From Candidatus Forterrea multitransposorum CG_2015-17_Forterrea_25_41 (GTDB lineage: Archaea; Iainarchaeota; Iainarchaeia; Iainarchaeales; CSSED10-239): a stretch of DNA of 64,000 nucleotides. Where the stretch lies: assembly GCA_009392915.1 (NCBI GenBank), contig CP045477.1:416001-480000 (forward strand), given 5' to 3'. The notes below the pieces were generated by a model. It had not been told where the DNA came from. It worked only from the letters and a program-made list of their open reading frames with translations, and did no database searches. Numbering within the stretch: the first letter of the stretch is position 1; each line of letters opens with the position of its first letter. Shown here piece by piece: positions 9,245 to 18,518 of the stretch. A program made the translations under genes and the position numbers.

Positions 9245-10603
9245 TTATTTATCAATAACTTTCCAATATCCTGCTTTGTCTGAACCTATTCTTTTTATCT
9301 TCTTTTGCTCTTTTAATATTTTTAAATATCTTTCAATAGTCTTTGTACTTAAATTAAATTCTGTTGCCATTTGAGCATAAGTAACTTTATTATTAGCTTT
9401 AATTAATTTTAATATTTTTACACCGACATTTACACCGACATTTACACCGACATTTACACCGACATTTACAGTGTCTTTTACAGGTGCATTTACACCGACA
9501 TTCATAGTAGATTCTATTATTTTTTGTCTTTTAAAAACAATACAAAACCAATCAGTATCTATATTAAACTTAACACTTGGAAAAAGTTTTTTTATTCTTT
9601 TAATACCAGAACCAATCTTTTCAATAAACTCTGTTCTTTGTAAACAACCTGCTAAAATAGGATTTCTTAATATACTTACTTTTCCAAAATCTTTTGGACT
9701 AAAAAGAAGTTTTCCTGGATTTAATATTTCAACTCTATCTTCATACACTTCTACCAATATTCTTCCTTGAACAAAATAATCTCTATGAATCATGGCATTT
9801 AGTACTGCTTCCCTTAAAGCAGCCTCTGGTATTTCAGGGGTTTCAACTCTTCTTAAATTAATAATATCAGCCCGTGTTTTTGTATTTCTTAGGATAAATA
9901 ACACAGCATTTTCAAAATTTGATAAAAAGTCAGATTCAAATACTTTTTTATCAAGCATAACAGCCTTAGTATCTCCTTGGTATAAAACACAACTAATATC
10001 TGCATTTAAAAAGAATTTAGTAATTCTTTTTGAAAATAATAATGCACAGGCATTATTTGGAATATCATTTGTTAAAAGATTTAAATTTTTTAAAATATGC
10101 TCTTTTGATAGAGTTGTTGAAAATTTTGCTTTTTTTCTATATTTAAGAAATTTAGTATTATCTATATCTTTAAAATTAAATGAAGAAGTTTGTTTTTCAA
10201 AAGAAATTTTATTTTCGTTTTGTAAAAAATCAATAATTTCATTTCTATCTAGCTTTTGAGAGTTAGCACCTTGCCTTACATAAAAAGAACCACCTACTAA
10301 ATATGGTTTATCTTTTCCTAAAGGAACATATATTATACCAATATTATCTATGATTTCAAAATTAACAACTAAAGAGGGATCTATGTTTCTTGCAATTGTT
10401 TGTACTTCAGAGGAAAATCTATTGTTTATAGAAATACCTTTTATTTCTCCTTTATCTGTAACTCCTAAAAGAATTTTACCTCCATCTGAGTTTGCAAAAG
10501 CACAAATTGATTTTCCAATTTCTTTATGGTTTAAACTTTCTTTAAACTCAAGAGTATATCCTTCTCCTGTTTTTATAAGATTAAGTAAGTTCTTTTTATC
10601 CAT
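9245..10603 (-). CDS. AlbA_2 (Schlafen-like) / HATPase_c_4-type putative transcriptional regulator with C-terminal wHTH
   Basis: The N-terminus LIKTGEGYTLEFKESLN...ICAFANSDGGKILLGV is the divergent-AAA/AlbA_2 signature. The middle has REAVLNAMIHRDY and the C-terminus is a wHTH (VTYAQMATEFNLSTKTIERYLKILKEQKKIKRIG). Confidence 0.75.
   Translation of the reverse strand: MDKKNLLNLIKTGEGYTLEFKESLNHKEIGKSICAFANSDGGKILLGVTDKGEIKGISINNRFSSEVQTIARNIDPSLVVNFEIIDNIGIIYVPLGKDKPYLVGGSFYVRQGANSQKLDRNEIIDFLQNENKISFEKQTSSFNFKDIDNTKFLKYRKKAKFSTTLSKEHILKNLNLLTNDIPNNACALLFSKRITKFFLNADISCVLYQGDTKAVMLDKKVFESDFLSNFENAVLFILRNTKTRADIINLRRVETPEIPEAALREAVLNAMIHRDYFVQGRILVEVYEDRVEILNPGKLLFSPKDFGKVSILRNPILAGCLQRTEFIEKIGSGIKRIKKLFPSVKFNIDTDWFCIVFKRQKIIESTMNVGVNAPVKDTVNVGVNVGVNVGVNVGVKILKLIKANNKVTYAQMATEFNLSTKTIERYLKILKEQKKIKRIGSDKAGYWKVIDK
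9421..9504. repeat. 12-bp in-frame tandem repeat (caccgacattta): 4 perfect plus 3 degenerate units
   Basis: Perfect units lie at 9421-9468 and degenerate units at 9469-9504. On the minus strand they encode (VNVG)n in the linker before the wHTH of the AlbA_2 protein. Confidence 0.9.
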
Positions 10604-10937
10604 TTATATCATTCTTTTTAAAATTATACTTTTCTTTTAATTATTAAAAATTATGTTTTTTTGGAAGGTAATCTCTTTTATAATATATATTAGGACCTTT
10701 AAACTACATATATATTTTGAAAGGGAGAGGCCTCGTGGCCGAGAAAAGAGCTTTATAATTAAAAGTTACTAAAATGCGCAAAATAAAATTAAAAAAAGAA
10801 TATATTTAACAAAAAAAAGTAAAATTATTTTATTTAAATAAAACATAAAGTAAAATATGTTTAAATATGTTTTGCAAAGAAGATATATATTATATATAAA
10901 AGAATATATAACAAAAATTAAAAAAATATGAAAACTT

Positions 10938-13307
10938 ATGGCCTTAGAAAACTGGAACAAAGATTTAGAAAAAGAAATCATTGAATTTGAAATTAAAAAT
11001 AAACTATTTAAGTTTAGAGAAGCAGAAGAAAAAGAAGTCTTTAGTATAGACACACCTCCTCCATACTTAAACAGACCAATACATATAGGACAAGCAACAA
11101 CTTATGCAATCATGGACATGATTGCAAGATATAGAAGAAAGAAAAACTATAATGTTATTTTTCCTCTAGGACTTGACAGAAACGGACTTCCAATAGAGAT
11201 GGAAGCTGAAAAAAAATATAACATGAATATTTTAACAACTCCAAGAGAAGAATATGTTGATAAATGTAGAGAAATTTTAATTGAATACTCTGGAGAAACA
11301 CAAAGTAGTTTTAGAAAAATAGGAATAAGCTTTAATTCCTATGAAGTAAATGAAGAAATAGGTTCAGTATATGAAACAGATTCTCCAAAATACAGACAAC
11401 TAACACAAAAAACATTTTTATCACTTTATAAAAAAGGACTAATCTATGAAGATGAAAAAGTTGTAAACTATTGTCCAGGCTGTAAGACAACAATTGCAGA
11501 TTCTGAAATTGATTATAAAGAAACAGAATCTTCATTTAATACAATTCTTTTCACAGTTAAAGAGACTGGAGAAAAAATACCAATAGCAACCACAAGACCA
11601 GAACTTATGTGCAGTATTGGTATGGTTATCTTTAACCCAGAAGATGAAAGATGGAAAAACTTAGATGGAAAAACAGCAGTAACTCCTTTATTTAACCTAG
11701 AAGTTCCAATAAAAGCACACACTCTTGCAAAACAAGACAAAGGAACTGGACTTGTTATGATGTGTTCTGCAGGTGATTATTCAGATATTAGATTTTTTAG
11801 AGAACATGGTATTAAACCAATAATCTCAATTAACATAGACGGAACAATGAACAGTAATGCTAAAGAGTTTGAAGGATTAAGAGTTAAGAAAGCAAGAGCA
11901 CAAATAATTGAAACTTTAAAAGAAAAAGGCCTTGTAACTGAAGAAAAGAAAATACAACATAAGGTTCCTATCTGTGAAAGAAGTAAAGATGAAGTTGAGT
12001 TTATTGCTCAAAGTGAATATTATTTAAAACAACTTGATTTTTTAGAAGATGTTAAAAAAATAGGAAATTCAATGAATTTTACAAATCCTGCAAGTAAAAA
12101 AATATTTGATGATTGGCTTAACACAGTTTCAACTGATTGGCCAATTTCAAGAAGAAGATATTATGCAACTGAAGTTCCTTTATGGTATTGTAAAGACTGT
12201 GGAGAAGTTATCTTAGGATCTGAAGATAAATATCAACAACCATGGAAAGAACTTCCAGAAACAAAAACTTGTCCTAAATGTTCTTCTGAGAACATAGAAG
12301 GAGATAAAAGAGTTTTAGATACTTGGTTTGATTCTTCAAACACTCCTCTTTATATACATCATTTTGGAAGTGATTTTTTTAATAAACATCCAGTATGTTC
12401 TCTAAGACCACAAGGTAAAGAGATTGTTAGAACCTGGCTTTATTATACAGTTTTAAAAGCTTATTTAATGAATGGTGGAGTTATCTTTAAAGATGTATAT
12501 ATCCATCAACATATCTTAGATGGAAAAGGATTTAAAATGTCAAAATCTAAAGGAAACATTATAGATCCTCAAAAAATCTTAGATAGTTATGGTGCTGAAA
12601 GTTTTAGATTATGGGCTGTAACTGAAGGTAATTTAGATCAAAAAGATTTTATGTGTTCTGAACAAAATATTAAAGCTGAACAAAAAACATTAAATAAACT
12701 TTGGAATGTTTCAAAGTTTATAACTCAGTTTAAAAAGAATGATTCTGTTGACACTAAGTTTACAGAACTTGATTTAACTTTAAGAAAAGAAATAAATGAG
12801 CTTGTAAAGCTTGCTGATAGAGATTATAATAGATATAATTTCCATATACCTATAGTTAAAGCAAAATATTTCTTAAACAATACTCTTTCTTCAAACTATT
12901 TAGAACTTGTTAAAAGTAGATGTTATAATGGAGAAGGAAAGTTTAAAGAGGAAGAAAAGAATGGTGCTATTGAGACTTTAAGATATGCTCTTGAGAAATT
13001 ACTATATATTCTTTATCCAGTAATACCTTTTACAACTAATATTATTGTTAAAGAAATATATGGAAAAGATATTAATGAAATTTATTTCCCTGAAGCTGAA
13101 GAAATTACAAGTAAGTTTACAATTGAAGATATTGAAACCTTAAACAACAGTATTTGGAAATATAAGAAAAATAATAATATTTCTCTAAAAGATTCTGTTG
13201 AAAAAGTTACTTTACCTTTAAAGTATGAGATTATAAAGGATGATATAAAGGTAACTCATAATATTATAAACCTAGAGTTTAAAGAAGGAGAAGAAATTAT
13301 TATTTAA
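10938..13307 (+). CDS. valS: Valine--tRNA ligase (class I aaRS), compact form
   Basis: It has a HIGH-like region (PPPYLNRPIHIGQ), GLDRNGLPIE, a CP1 editing segment (TTRPELMCSIGMVIFNPEDERW...GTGLVMMCSAGD), VLDTWFDSS and KMSKSKGN. ValRS over Ile/LeuRS is a judgement from these motifs. Confidence 0.8.
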   Translation: MALENWNKDLEKEIIEFEIKNKLFKFREAEEKEVFSIDTPPPYLNRPIHIGQATTYAIMDMIARYRRKKNYNVIFPLGLDRNGLPIEMEAEKKYNMNILTTPREEYVDKCREILIEYSGETQSSFRKIGISFNSYEVNEEIGSVYETDSPKYRQLTQKTFLSLYKKGLIYEDEKVVNYCPGCKTTIADSEIDYKETESSFNTILFTVKETGEKIPIATTRPELMCSIGMVIFNPEDERWKNLDGKTAVTPLFNLEVPIKAHTLAKQDKGTGLVMMCSAGDYSDIRFFREHGIKPIISINIDGTMNSNAKEFEGLRVKKARAQIIETLKEKGLVTEEKKIQHKVPICERSKDEVEFIAQSEYYLKQLDFLEDVKKIGNSMNFTNPASKKIFDDWLNTVSTDWPISRRRYYATEVPLWYCKDCGEVILGSEDKYQQPWKELPETKTCPKCSSENIEGDKRVLDTWFDSSNTPLYIHHFGSDFFNKHPVCSLRPQGKEIVRTWLYYTVLKAYLMNGGVIFKDVYIHQHILDGKGFKMSKSKGNIIDPQKILDSYGAESFRLWAVTEGNLDQKDFMCSEQNIKAEQKTLNKLWNVSKFITQFKKNDSVDTKFTELDLTLRKEINELVKLADRDYNRYNFHIPIVKAKYFLNNTLSSNYLELVKSRCYNGEGKFKEEEKNGAIETLRYALEKLLYILYPVIPFTTNIIVKEIYGKDINEIYFPEAEEITSKFTIEDIETLNNSIWKYKKNNNISLKDSVEKVTLPLKYEIIKDDIKVTHNIINLEFKEGEEIII

Positions 13308-13333
13308 TTTCTTTTTTTATAAATTTTATATTT

Positions 13334-13371
13334 TACCCTGGAGAAACTACTTTTTTTAAATGTCCAGGGTA
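13334..13371. terminator. GC-rich inverted repeat between convergent valS and sod
   Basis: taccctgga (13334-13342) pairs with tccagggta (13363-13371) across a 20-nt T-rich loop. It sits in the 86-bp gap between two convergent stop codons. Confidence 0.4.
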
Positions 13372-13393
13372 AAGAATAATTTTGTATTAAAAA

Positions 13394-14014
13394 CTATTTA
13401 TAGCTATTAAAAAGAAACTCTGCTTGCTTCCAATTTACAACATTCCAGAAAGCATCAACATACTCTGCTCTCTTGTTTTGATATTTAAGATAATATGCAT
13501 GCTCCCAAACATCTAAAGCTAAAATTGGTTTTAAGCCTAAAGAGATTGCAGAATCTTGATTTCTTGTCTGTATAATTTCAAGTTTTCCTTCCTTATTTAA
13601 AACAAGCCATACCCAACCAGAACCAAATAAAGTTAAAGCTTTTTCTTTAAATTTTTCTTTAAAGTTTTCAAAACTTTCAAAAGAAGTTACAATTTCTTTT
13701 TCTAAAGCTTCAAAAGGTGCTTTATTTGAGGTAGGAGATAAAATATCCCAAAAGAAATTATGATTGAAATATCCTCCACCATTGTTAATGATCGCTTGCT
13801 TTTTATCTTCTGGTAGAACAGATAAATCTTTTAATATATCAATAACTGACATGTTTTCAAGAGATGTACCTTCAATTGCTTTAATAAACTTATCATAGTA
13901 GGCTCTATGGTGTTTTGTATGATGAACACTCATTGTTTCTTTGTCTATAAATGGTTCTAAGGCATCATATTCATATGGAAGAGATGCAAATTGATTTATA
14001 TTGTTTTCACTCAT
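13394..14014 (-). CDS. sod: Fe/Mn superoxide dismutase
   Basis: LPYEYDALEPFIDKETMSVHHTKHH and DVWEHAYYLKYQNKRAEYV are the canonical metal-ligand motifs. Confidence 0.95.
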   Translation of the reverse strand: MSENNINQFASLPYEYDALEPFIDKETMSVHHTKHHRAYYDKFIKAIEGTSLENMSVIDILKDLSVLPEDKKQAIINNGGGYFNHNFFWDILSPTSNKAPFEALEKEIVTSFESFENFKEKFKEKALTLFGSGWVWLVLNKEGKLEIIQTRNQDSAISLGLKPILALDVWEHAYYLKYQNKRAEYVDAFWNVVNWKQAEFLFNSYK

Positions 14015-14153
14015 TTTAAAATCACACTCCTTTGGTTATAAGAATTTTTTTAAGTAAAAATATAAGAATAAGATTATATGAAATAACAATCATATATATA
14101 ATAATAGAGAAAAAGGTTTAAAAAGGGTAAGATTAAACCTTAAAACTTAACTT

Positions 14154-14945
14154 CTAAGAAATATTACCCCATTTAACTAAAGTTGCCTTTTCTATCTTTT
14201 TAAAAACTAATTCTTCCATTATAAGCCCAATAATAGCTATTAAAAATATACCAATTAAAACTTTATCAAAAGAAAAAGTCCATTGTGCAGTCCAAATAAA
14301 CTTTCCAAGTCCACCAAAAATTGAAATTAACATTTCAGCTCCAACTAAAGATCTCCAAGCAGAACCAAAACCTAATCTTATACCTGTCATAATTTCAGGA
14401 AGAGCACCAGGTAATATTACTTTTAAAATAATTTTAAATTTTGAAAGTCCAATATTTTTAGCAGCCAAAATCCAATTTGGATTAACATTTCTAACTCCAC
14501 TAATAGTACTATATATCATTTTCATAAAAGCAGAAATAAATATTACAATCCAGATAGTTTCTCTTGTAAATCCAAAAAATAAAATAATAAAAGGAATCCA
14601 TGCAAGTGAAGGAACTAAATATATGGCCCCTAAGAAAGGAGATATAATTTTTCTAAAAGTTTTATTAACTCCAATTAAGATACCTAATAATATAGAAGTA
14701 ATTAATGCAAGTATAAATGCAGGGATTGCATTTTTCATACTTATAAACAATAATCTAAATAATGTTCCATCTATTAATAATTTATAAAACTCCTTTAAAA
14801 CTAATAATGGAGACGGAAGCATCCAATGAGGTACCCATTGAAAAACATAGATTAATTGCCAAAGTACAATTAAAAATACAAATGGAATTGATCCAAGTAA
14901 TATATTTTTAATGTTTTTATTCTTTATATATCTCATATTGTGCAT
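14154..14945 (-). CDS. ABC transporter permease (NitT/TauT-type)
   Basis: It has six predicted TMs and a binding-protein-dependent permease EAA-like loop (NIGLSKFKIILKVILPGALPEIMTGIRLGFGSAWRSLVGAEM). Confidence 0.8.
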   Translation of the reverse strand: MHNMRYIKNKNIKNILLGSIPFVFLIVLWQLIYVFQWVPHWMLPSPLLVLKEFYKLLIDGTLFRLLFISMKNAIPAFILALITSILLGILIGVNKTFRKIISPFLGAIYLVPSLAWIPFIILFFGFTRETIWIVIFISAFMKMIYSTISGVRNVNPNWILAAKNIGLSKFKIILKVILPGALPEIMTGIRLGFGSAWRSLVGAEMLISIFGGLGKFIWTAQWTFSFDKVLIGIFLIAIIGLIMEELVFKKIEKATLVKWGNIS

Positions 14946-15921
14946 TCTTTAATTTTTCTTCAAATCTTTTATCAAATAAATCATCAATAGTTAAATTAAC
15001 ATCTATTAAATTATTTTCTTGAGCATATATAGCATAATCTAAAAAATTATCTAAATCAACCCATAAATTAAATTTTAATAAAGATAAAGAGTTTATAACT
15101 TCTTCTTTAGAATAGGAAATTATATCTTTATTAACAGCATTAATATGCTTTTGTAAAAGATTATATGTTTCATCAGGATTTTCAACCATAAACCTATGAC
15201 TTTCAATATATCCATCAATAAATTTTTCAACAACTTCTGGATTACCTTCAAGATAATCAGTATTTACAACTAAAGAAGTATTTAAAAAATATCTTTTATC
15301 ATATCCTTTTTCCTCCCATTCTGGAAGAATAATTGCCCCTGATTTAAAAAATTCTTCTTTACCTTCAGCACCTTTCAATGCTGCAGAAATTATTTTTTTT
15401 TCAACTAAAGCAAGAGGGGTATATGCATTTTCAATATCAACATAAGTATATTGAATATCTAAATTATTTTCTTTTAAAATTCTATTAAGCACATAACCAC
15501 TAGTACTATCAACTCTTGTTGCAATAGAGGTATTATTTAAATCTTTTAAGGTTAAAATATCATTAGGTCTTACATAAGCCATACTTGGTGCTAGTGCCAT
15601 TGGAGCAATAAATTTAATATTTATTCCTTTTGAAATTGGATCTATAAAATTATTTGCACCACCAGTAACTAAATTTACTTGGTTACTTGATACTGCTTGA
15701 CGAGAATATTTAGTAGAACTAAAAGGAACATATTCTACAATAATTCCTTGTTTTTCAAATAAACCTAATTCTTTTCCAACAAATATAGGAGAATGACCAA
15801 AACTATCTTCACTATATCCAATAATTATGTCTGATTTTACTTTTGAATTATTATTAAAAATAAAAATTCCAATTATTATTAATATTATTATAATGGGTAT
15901 TACCCAAAATTTTAATTTCAT
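14917..15921 (-). CDS. ABC transporter substrate-binding protein (NMT1/SsuA-like)
   Basis: An N-terminal TM anchor precedes a periplasmic-binding-like domain. It is in an operon with the matching ATPase and permease. Confidence 0.65.
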   Translation of the reverse strand: MKLKFWVIPIIIILIIIGIFIFNNNSKVKSDIIIGYSEDSFGHSPIFVGKELGLFEKQGIIVEYVPFSSTKYSRQAVSSNQVNLVTGGANNFIDPISKGINIKFIAPMALAPSMAYVRPNDILTLKDLNNTSIATRVDSTSGYVLNRILKENNLDIQYTYVDIENAYTPLALVEKKIISAALKGAEGKEEFFKSGAIILPEWEEKGYDKRYFLNTSLVVNTDYLEGNPEVVEKFIDGYIESHRFMVENPDETYNLLQKHINAVNKDIISYSKEEVINSLSLLKFNLWVDLDNFLDYAIYAQENNLIDVNLTIDDLFDKRFEEKLKNAQYEIYKE

Positions 15922-15937
15922 TTAATCTCAACTCCTT

Positions 15938-16768
15938 TTATAATTTAACATTTAATATTTTATTTTCCATATCATTACTAACAAAATCAGACTCTTTAGT
16001 TTTAATAAAATCCTCTTTCATTTCTTTTTCAATATCTTCTCTTAATTTAATGATTTCTAAACTATTAAGTTTTCTTGGTCTTTTATGCTTTAAGTTATAG
16101 ATTTTTTTAATCTTTGCAGGTCTTGGGGATAATAAATATATTCTATCTGCAAGATAAAGTGCTTCATTAATACTATGAGTTACAAAAATAACTGTTTTTT
16201 TTGTTTTAAGCCATATTTTTTCAATTTCTTCTCTTAAATGTTTTCTATATTGATTATCTAGAGCAGATAAAGGCTCATCCATTAATAATAATTTAGGATC
16301 TACAACTAAGGCTCTTGCAATTGATACTCTCTGTTGCATTCCTCCTGAAAGTTTATGAATATTCCACTCTTTAAAATAATCTAAACCAACTAAAGAAATA
16401 TATTTATTTACAGTTTTTTCTTTTTCTTTTTTACTAAGATTTGAATTTTCTAAAGCAAAAGAGATATTTTCAGAAACAGTTCTCCATGGAAAAAGAACAT
16501 AATTTTGAAAAACCATCATTCTTTCTGGAGAAGGAGCTATAATTTCTTTATCTAAAAATAAGATTTTTCCTTTAGTTTGTTTTAGAAAACCAGCTAAAAG
16601 ATAAAGTAAAATAGTTTTACCACAACCACTTGGACCTAAGATACAAATAAACTCTCCATCTTTAACAGAAAAAGAAATATCATCTATGATTTTAAATTCA
16701 GAATTATTTTCAAAAAAAGACATGGATACATTCTTTAAATCCAACATATATATTTTAGAAGAGAACAA
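15938..16768 (-). CDS. ABC transporter ATP-binding protein (NitT/TauT-type)
   Basis: Walker A is GPSGCGKT, the signature is LSGGMQQR and Walker B is LLLMDEP. Confidence 0.88.
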   Translation of the reverse strand: MFSSKIYMLDLKNVSMSFFENNSEFKIIDDISFSVKDGEFICILGPSGCGKTILLYLLAGFLKQTKGKILFLDKEIIAPSPERMMVFQNYVLFPWRTVSENISFALENSNLSKKEKEKTVNKYISLVGLDYFKEWNIHKLSGGMQQRVSIARALVVDPKLLLMDEPLSALDNQYRKHLREEIEKIWLKTKKTVIFVTHSINEALYLADRIYLLSPRPAKIKKIYNLKHKRPRKLNSLEIIKLREDIEKEMKEDFIKTKESDFVSNDMENKILNVKL

Positions 16769-16824
16769 TTTTTAAATAATGATTATTTATGTTTAGAAAG
16801 AACCTTTATGTTTAAGTTTAAAAA

Positions 16825-17169
16825 TTATTTCTTTTTTAAGGACTTTTTAATAGATGTTATCCCATATTCTAAAGGGATGGTATCTAGATTTAAATGAACT
16901 CTATTAATCTCTAAGACTTCAAGAAACTCTCTATAGGAAAGACCAGCAATTTCTGAAGCTGCAGAAATGTTTACAAGATTATTTTTATAAGCTTCTATAC
17001 CCTTTGAAACCCTATACTCAGAAATATCTTTCTCAATTAAAGACCTGATATACTCTGATTCAGTAAGATTTTTCTCTTTTGCAATAGTATAAACAATACT
17101 TGATAAAGAATCTTTAAGTCTTAATGTTTTCACATTCATTTTATCTTTTTCATCTATTTTCTTAACCAC
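16825..17169 (-). CDS. UPF0175-family antitoxin-like protein with an N-terminal RHH-like segment
   Basis: The C-terminal half ISAASEIAGLSYREFLEVLEINRVHLNLD matches the UPF0175 HTH pattern. The N-terminal half KTLRLKDSLSSIVYTIAKEKNLTESEYIRSLIEKD looks CopG/RHH-like. Confidence 0.6.
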   Translation of the reverse strand: MVKKIDEKDKMNVKTLRLKDSLSSIVYTIAKEKNLTESEYIRSLIEKDISEYRVSKGIEAYKNNLVNISAASEIAGLSYREFLEVLEINRVHLNLDTIPLEYGITSIKKSLKKK

Positions 17170-17184
17170 AATAAACCATCTCCT

Positions 17185-17697
17185 TTATTTTAAATAACTT
17201 TCAATATTTTTTAAATATTCTTTTGAAATTGATCTTTCAATTAACTTAATCTTTAAAAGAAAGTCTTTTTTAGATATTTTCTTTTCAAAGTATAAAAACA
17301 ACATAAATTCAATAATATTTGAAACTAGTATATTATTTTTTTTACAAAAATCATAAGGTCTTCCATTATCAATAAAAGATATATATCCTTTCTCTAAAGA
17401 TAAAGCAATACAGAATATTTCTCCAGAATTTTTTGAAACTTGACTTTCAAGCTCTTTTGAAACCTTTAAAGGATCTTTAATTATTATTATTTCTTTTTTT
17501 TTAAGTCTTCTATACTCTCTAACATCTAATGGTATAAAAACCTTATACTTAAAAGATTCAAAGAAAGTAAGTTCAGCTTCAACTTTTGAAGGAAATATAA
17601 TTTTAGAATAATATTCTAAAAATATATCTAAAAGATCTACTTTAACCAAATGTATCCAAAAGGAAGTATCTACTATAGCTATAGAGGCGTCTTTCAT
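17185..17697 (-). CDS. PIN-like (DUF3368-type) toxin-like protein
   Basis: IAIVDTSFWIHL is a PIN strand-1 Asp motif. SGEIFCIALSLEKGYISFIDNGRPYDFCKKNNILVSN matches the remembered GEaeaIalA...liDD..aR pattern of the UPF0175 partner family. Confidence 0.6.
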   Translation of the reverse strand: MKDASIAIVDTSFWIHLVKVDLLDIFLEYYSKIIFPSKVEAELTFFESFKYKVFIPLDVREYRRLKKKEIIIIKDPLKVSKELESQVSKNSGEIFCIALSLEKGYISFIDNGRPYDFCKKNNILVSNIIEFMLFLYFEKKISKKDFLLKIKLIERSISKEYLKNIESYLK

Positions 17698-17752
17698 ATA
17701 TTATATATAGACCAAAAAGTATTTAAATGTATTACATAGTAATACGCATCAA

Positions 17753-18391
17753 TTAAATTTTTAATTTGTTTTTATCAACAATCTTAGATAAAAGAACAGA
17801 GTCTTTCTTTTCATAAAATTCAAAAGCATCTAAAATATCTAAATAAACATTTTCTAAAATATTGTTTGCAGTCTTTTTTGAAATCTTTTTAGTTTTATTT
17901 AATTTTTTTAAAAAAGAGATTACATCTTTAATGTCCTTACTTATATTTTTTTCATTAAAATTATTAAATTTAATAGTAAGGTCTTTTAATTTTAAAAAAT
18001 CTTTATCAACTTTGATAAATACAACTTCTTTTTTATTTACTTCTTTAAAAAACTTATAATGTTTCTTTAAAAAATCATAAATATCTTTATCAATTATGCT
18101 TTCTTGTATAAAATGTTTCTTATGATTTAATTTAGAGTATACAAAATGCTCTAAGAAACTATTTGTTTTACCTTCTTTTTTAAGAAGTAAAAGTAAATAG
18201 AAATAAATATGAAAGATACTATTTGAATAAAGATTATGCTTTTCACAATAGACTTTAACATAATTAAAAAAAGAATCTAAATCGTTTTTTAAAAGAAGTT
18301 TTAAAGATTTAGAAATAAACTCATCATTAATGTAAGAAGGTTTCTTAAAGTATTTTTTTAAAGTTAAATTATTTTTTAATTTTAAAAGCAT
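17753..18391 (-). CDS. Hypothetical Lys-rich protein
   Basis: A long uninterrupted ORF with no recognised motif. Confidence 0.4.
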   Translation of the reverse strand: MLLKLKNNLTLKKYFKKPSYINDEFISKSLKLLLKNDLDSFFNYVKVYCEKHNLYSNSIFHIYFYLLLLLKKEGKTNSFLEHFVYSKLNHKKHFIQESIIDKDIYDFLKKHYKFFKEVNKKEVVFIKVDKDFLKLKDLTIKFNNFNEKNISKDIKDVISFLKKLNKTKKISKKTANNILENVYLDILDAFEFYEKKDSVLLSKIVDKNKLKI

Positions 18392-18518
18392 AATTTATCA
18401 CTAATTAACATATATATTATATACATGTCCTTTTTAAATACATATTTTTTATTAATTTCAAACCAAATAAAATAAATATAAAAAAAGAGATAAAATATAA
18501 TATCAAGGAGGGATCTTT

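Noticed and set aside
9421-9504. Possible CRISPR-like or regulatory repeat array
   Set aside because: The units are 12 bp and directly abutting with no spacers. They lie in frame inside a well-supported CDS, so this is a coding microsatellite and not a CRISPR array.
9471-10640. Three plus-strand ORFs (99, 155 and 96 aa) overlapping the AlbA_2-type gene
   Set aside because: They are antisense to a 452-aa ORF with clear domain motifs. Their products are low-complexity F/L/I/S-rich sequence typical of AT-rich antisense frames.
10769-11053. 94-aa minus-strand ORF in the valS upstream region
   Set aside because: It is an extremely low-complexity hydrophobic product (poly F/L/I/Y). It overlaps the valS start and spans the AT-rich promoter region, so it is most likely non-coding.
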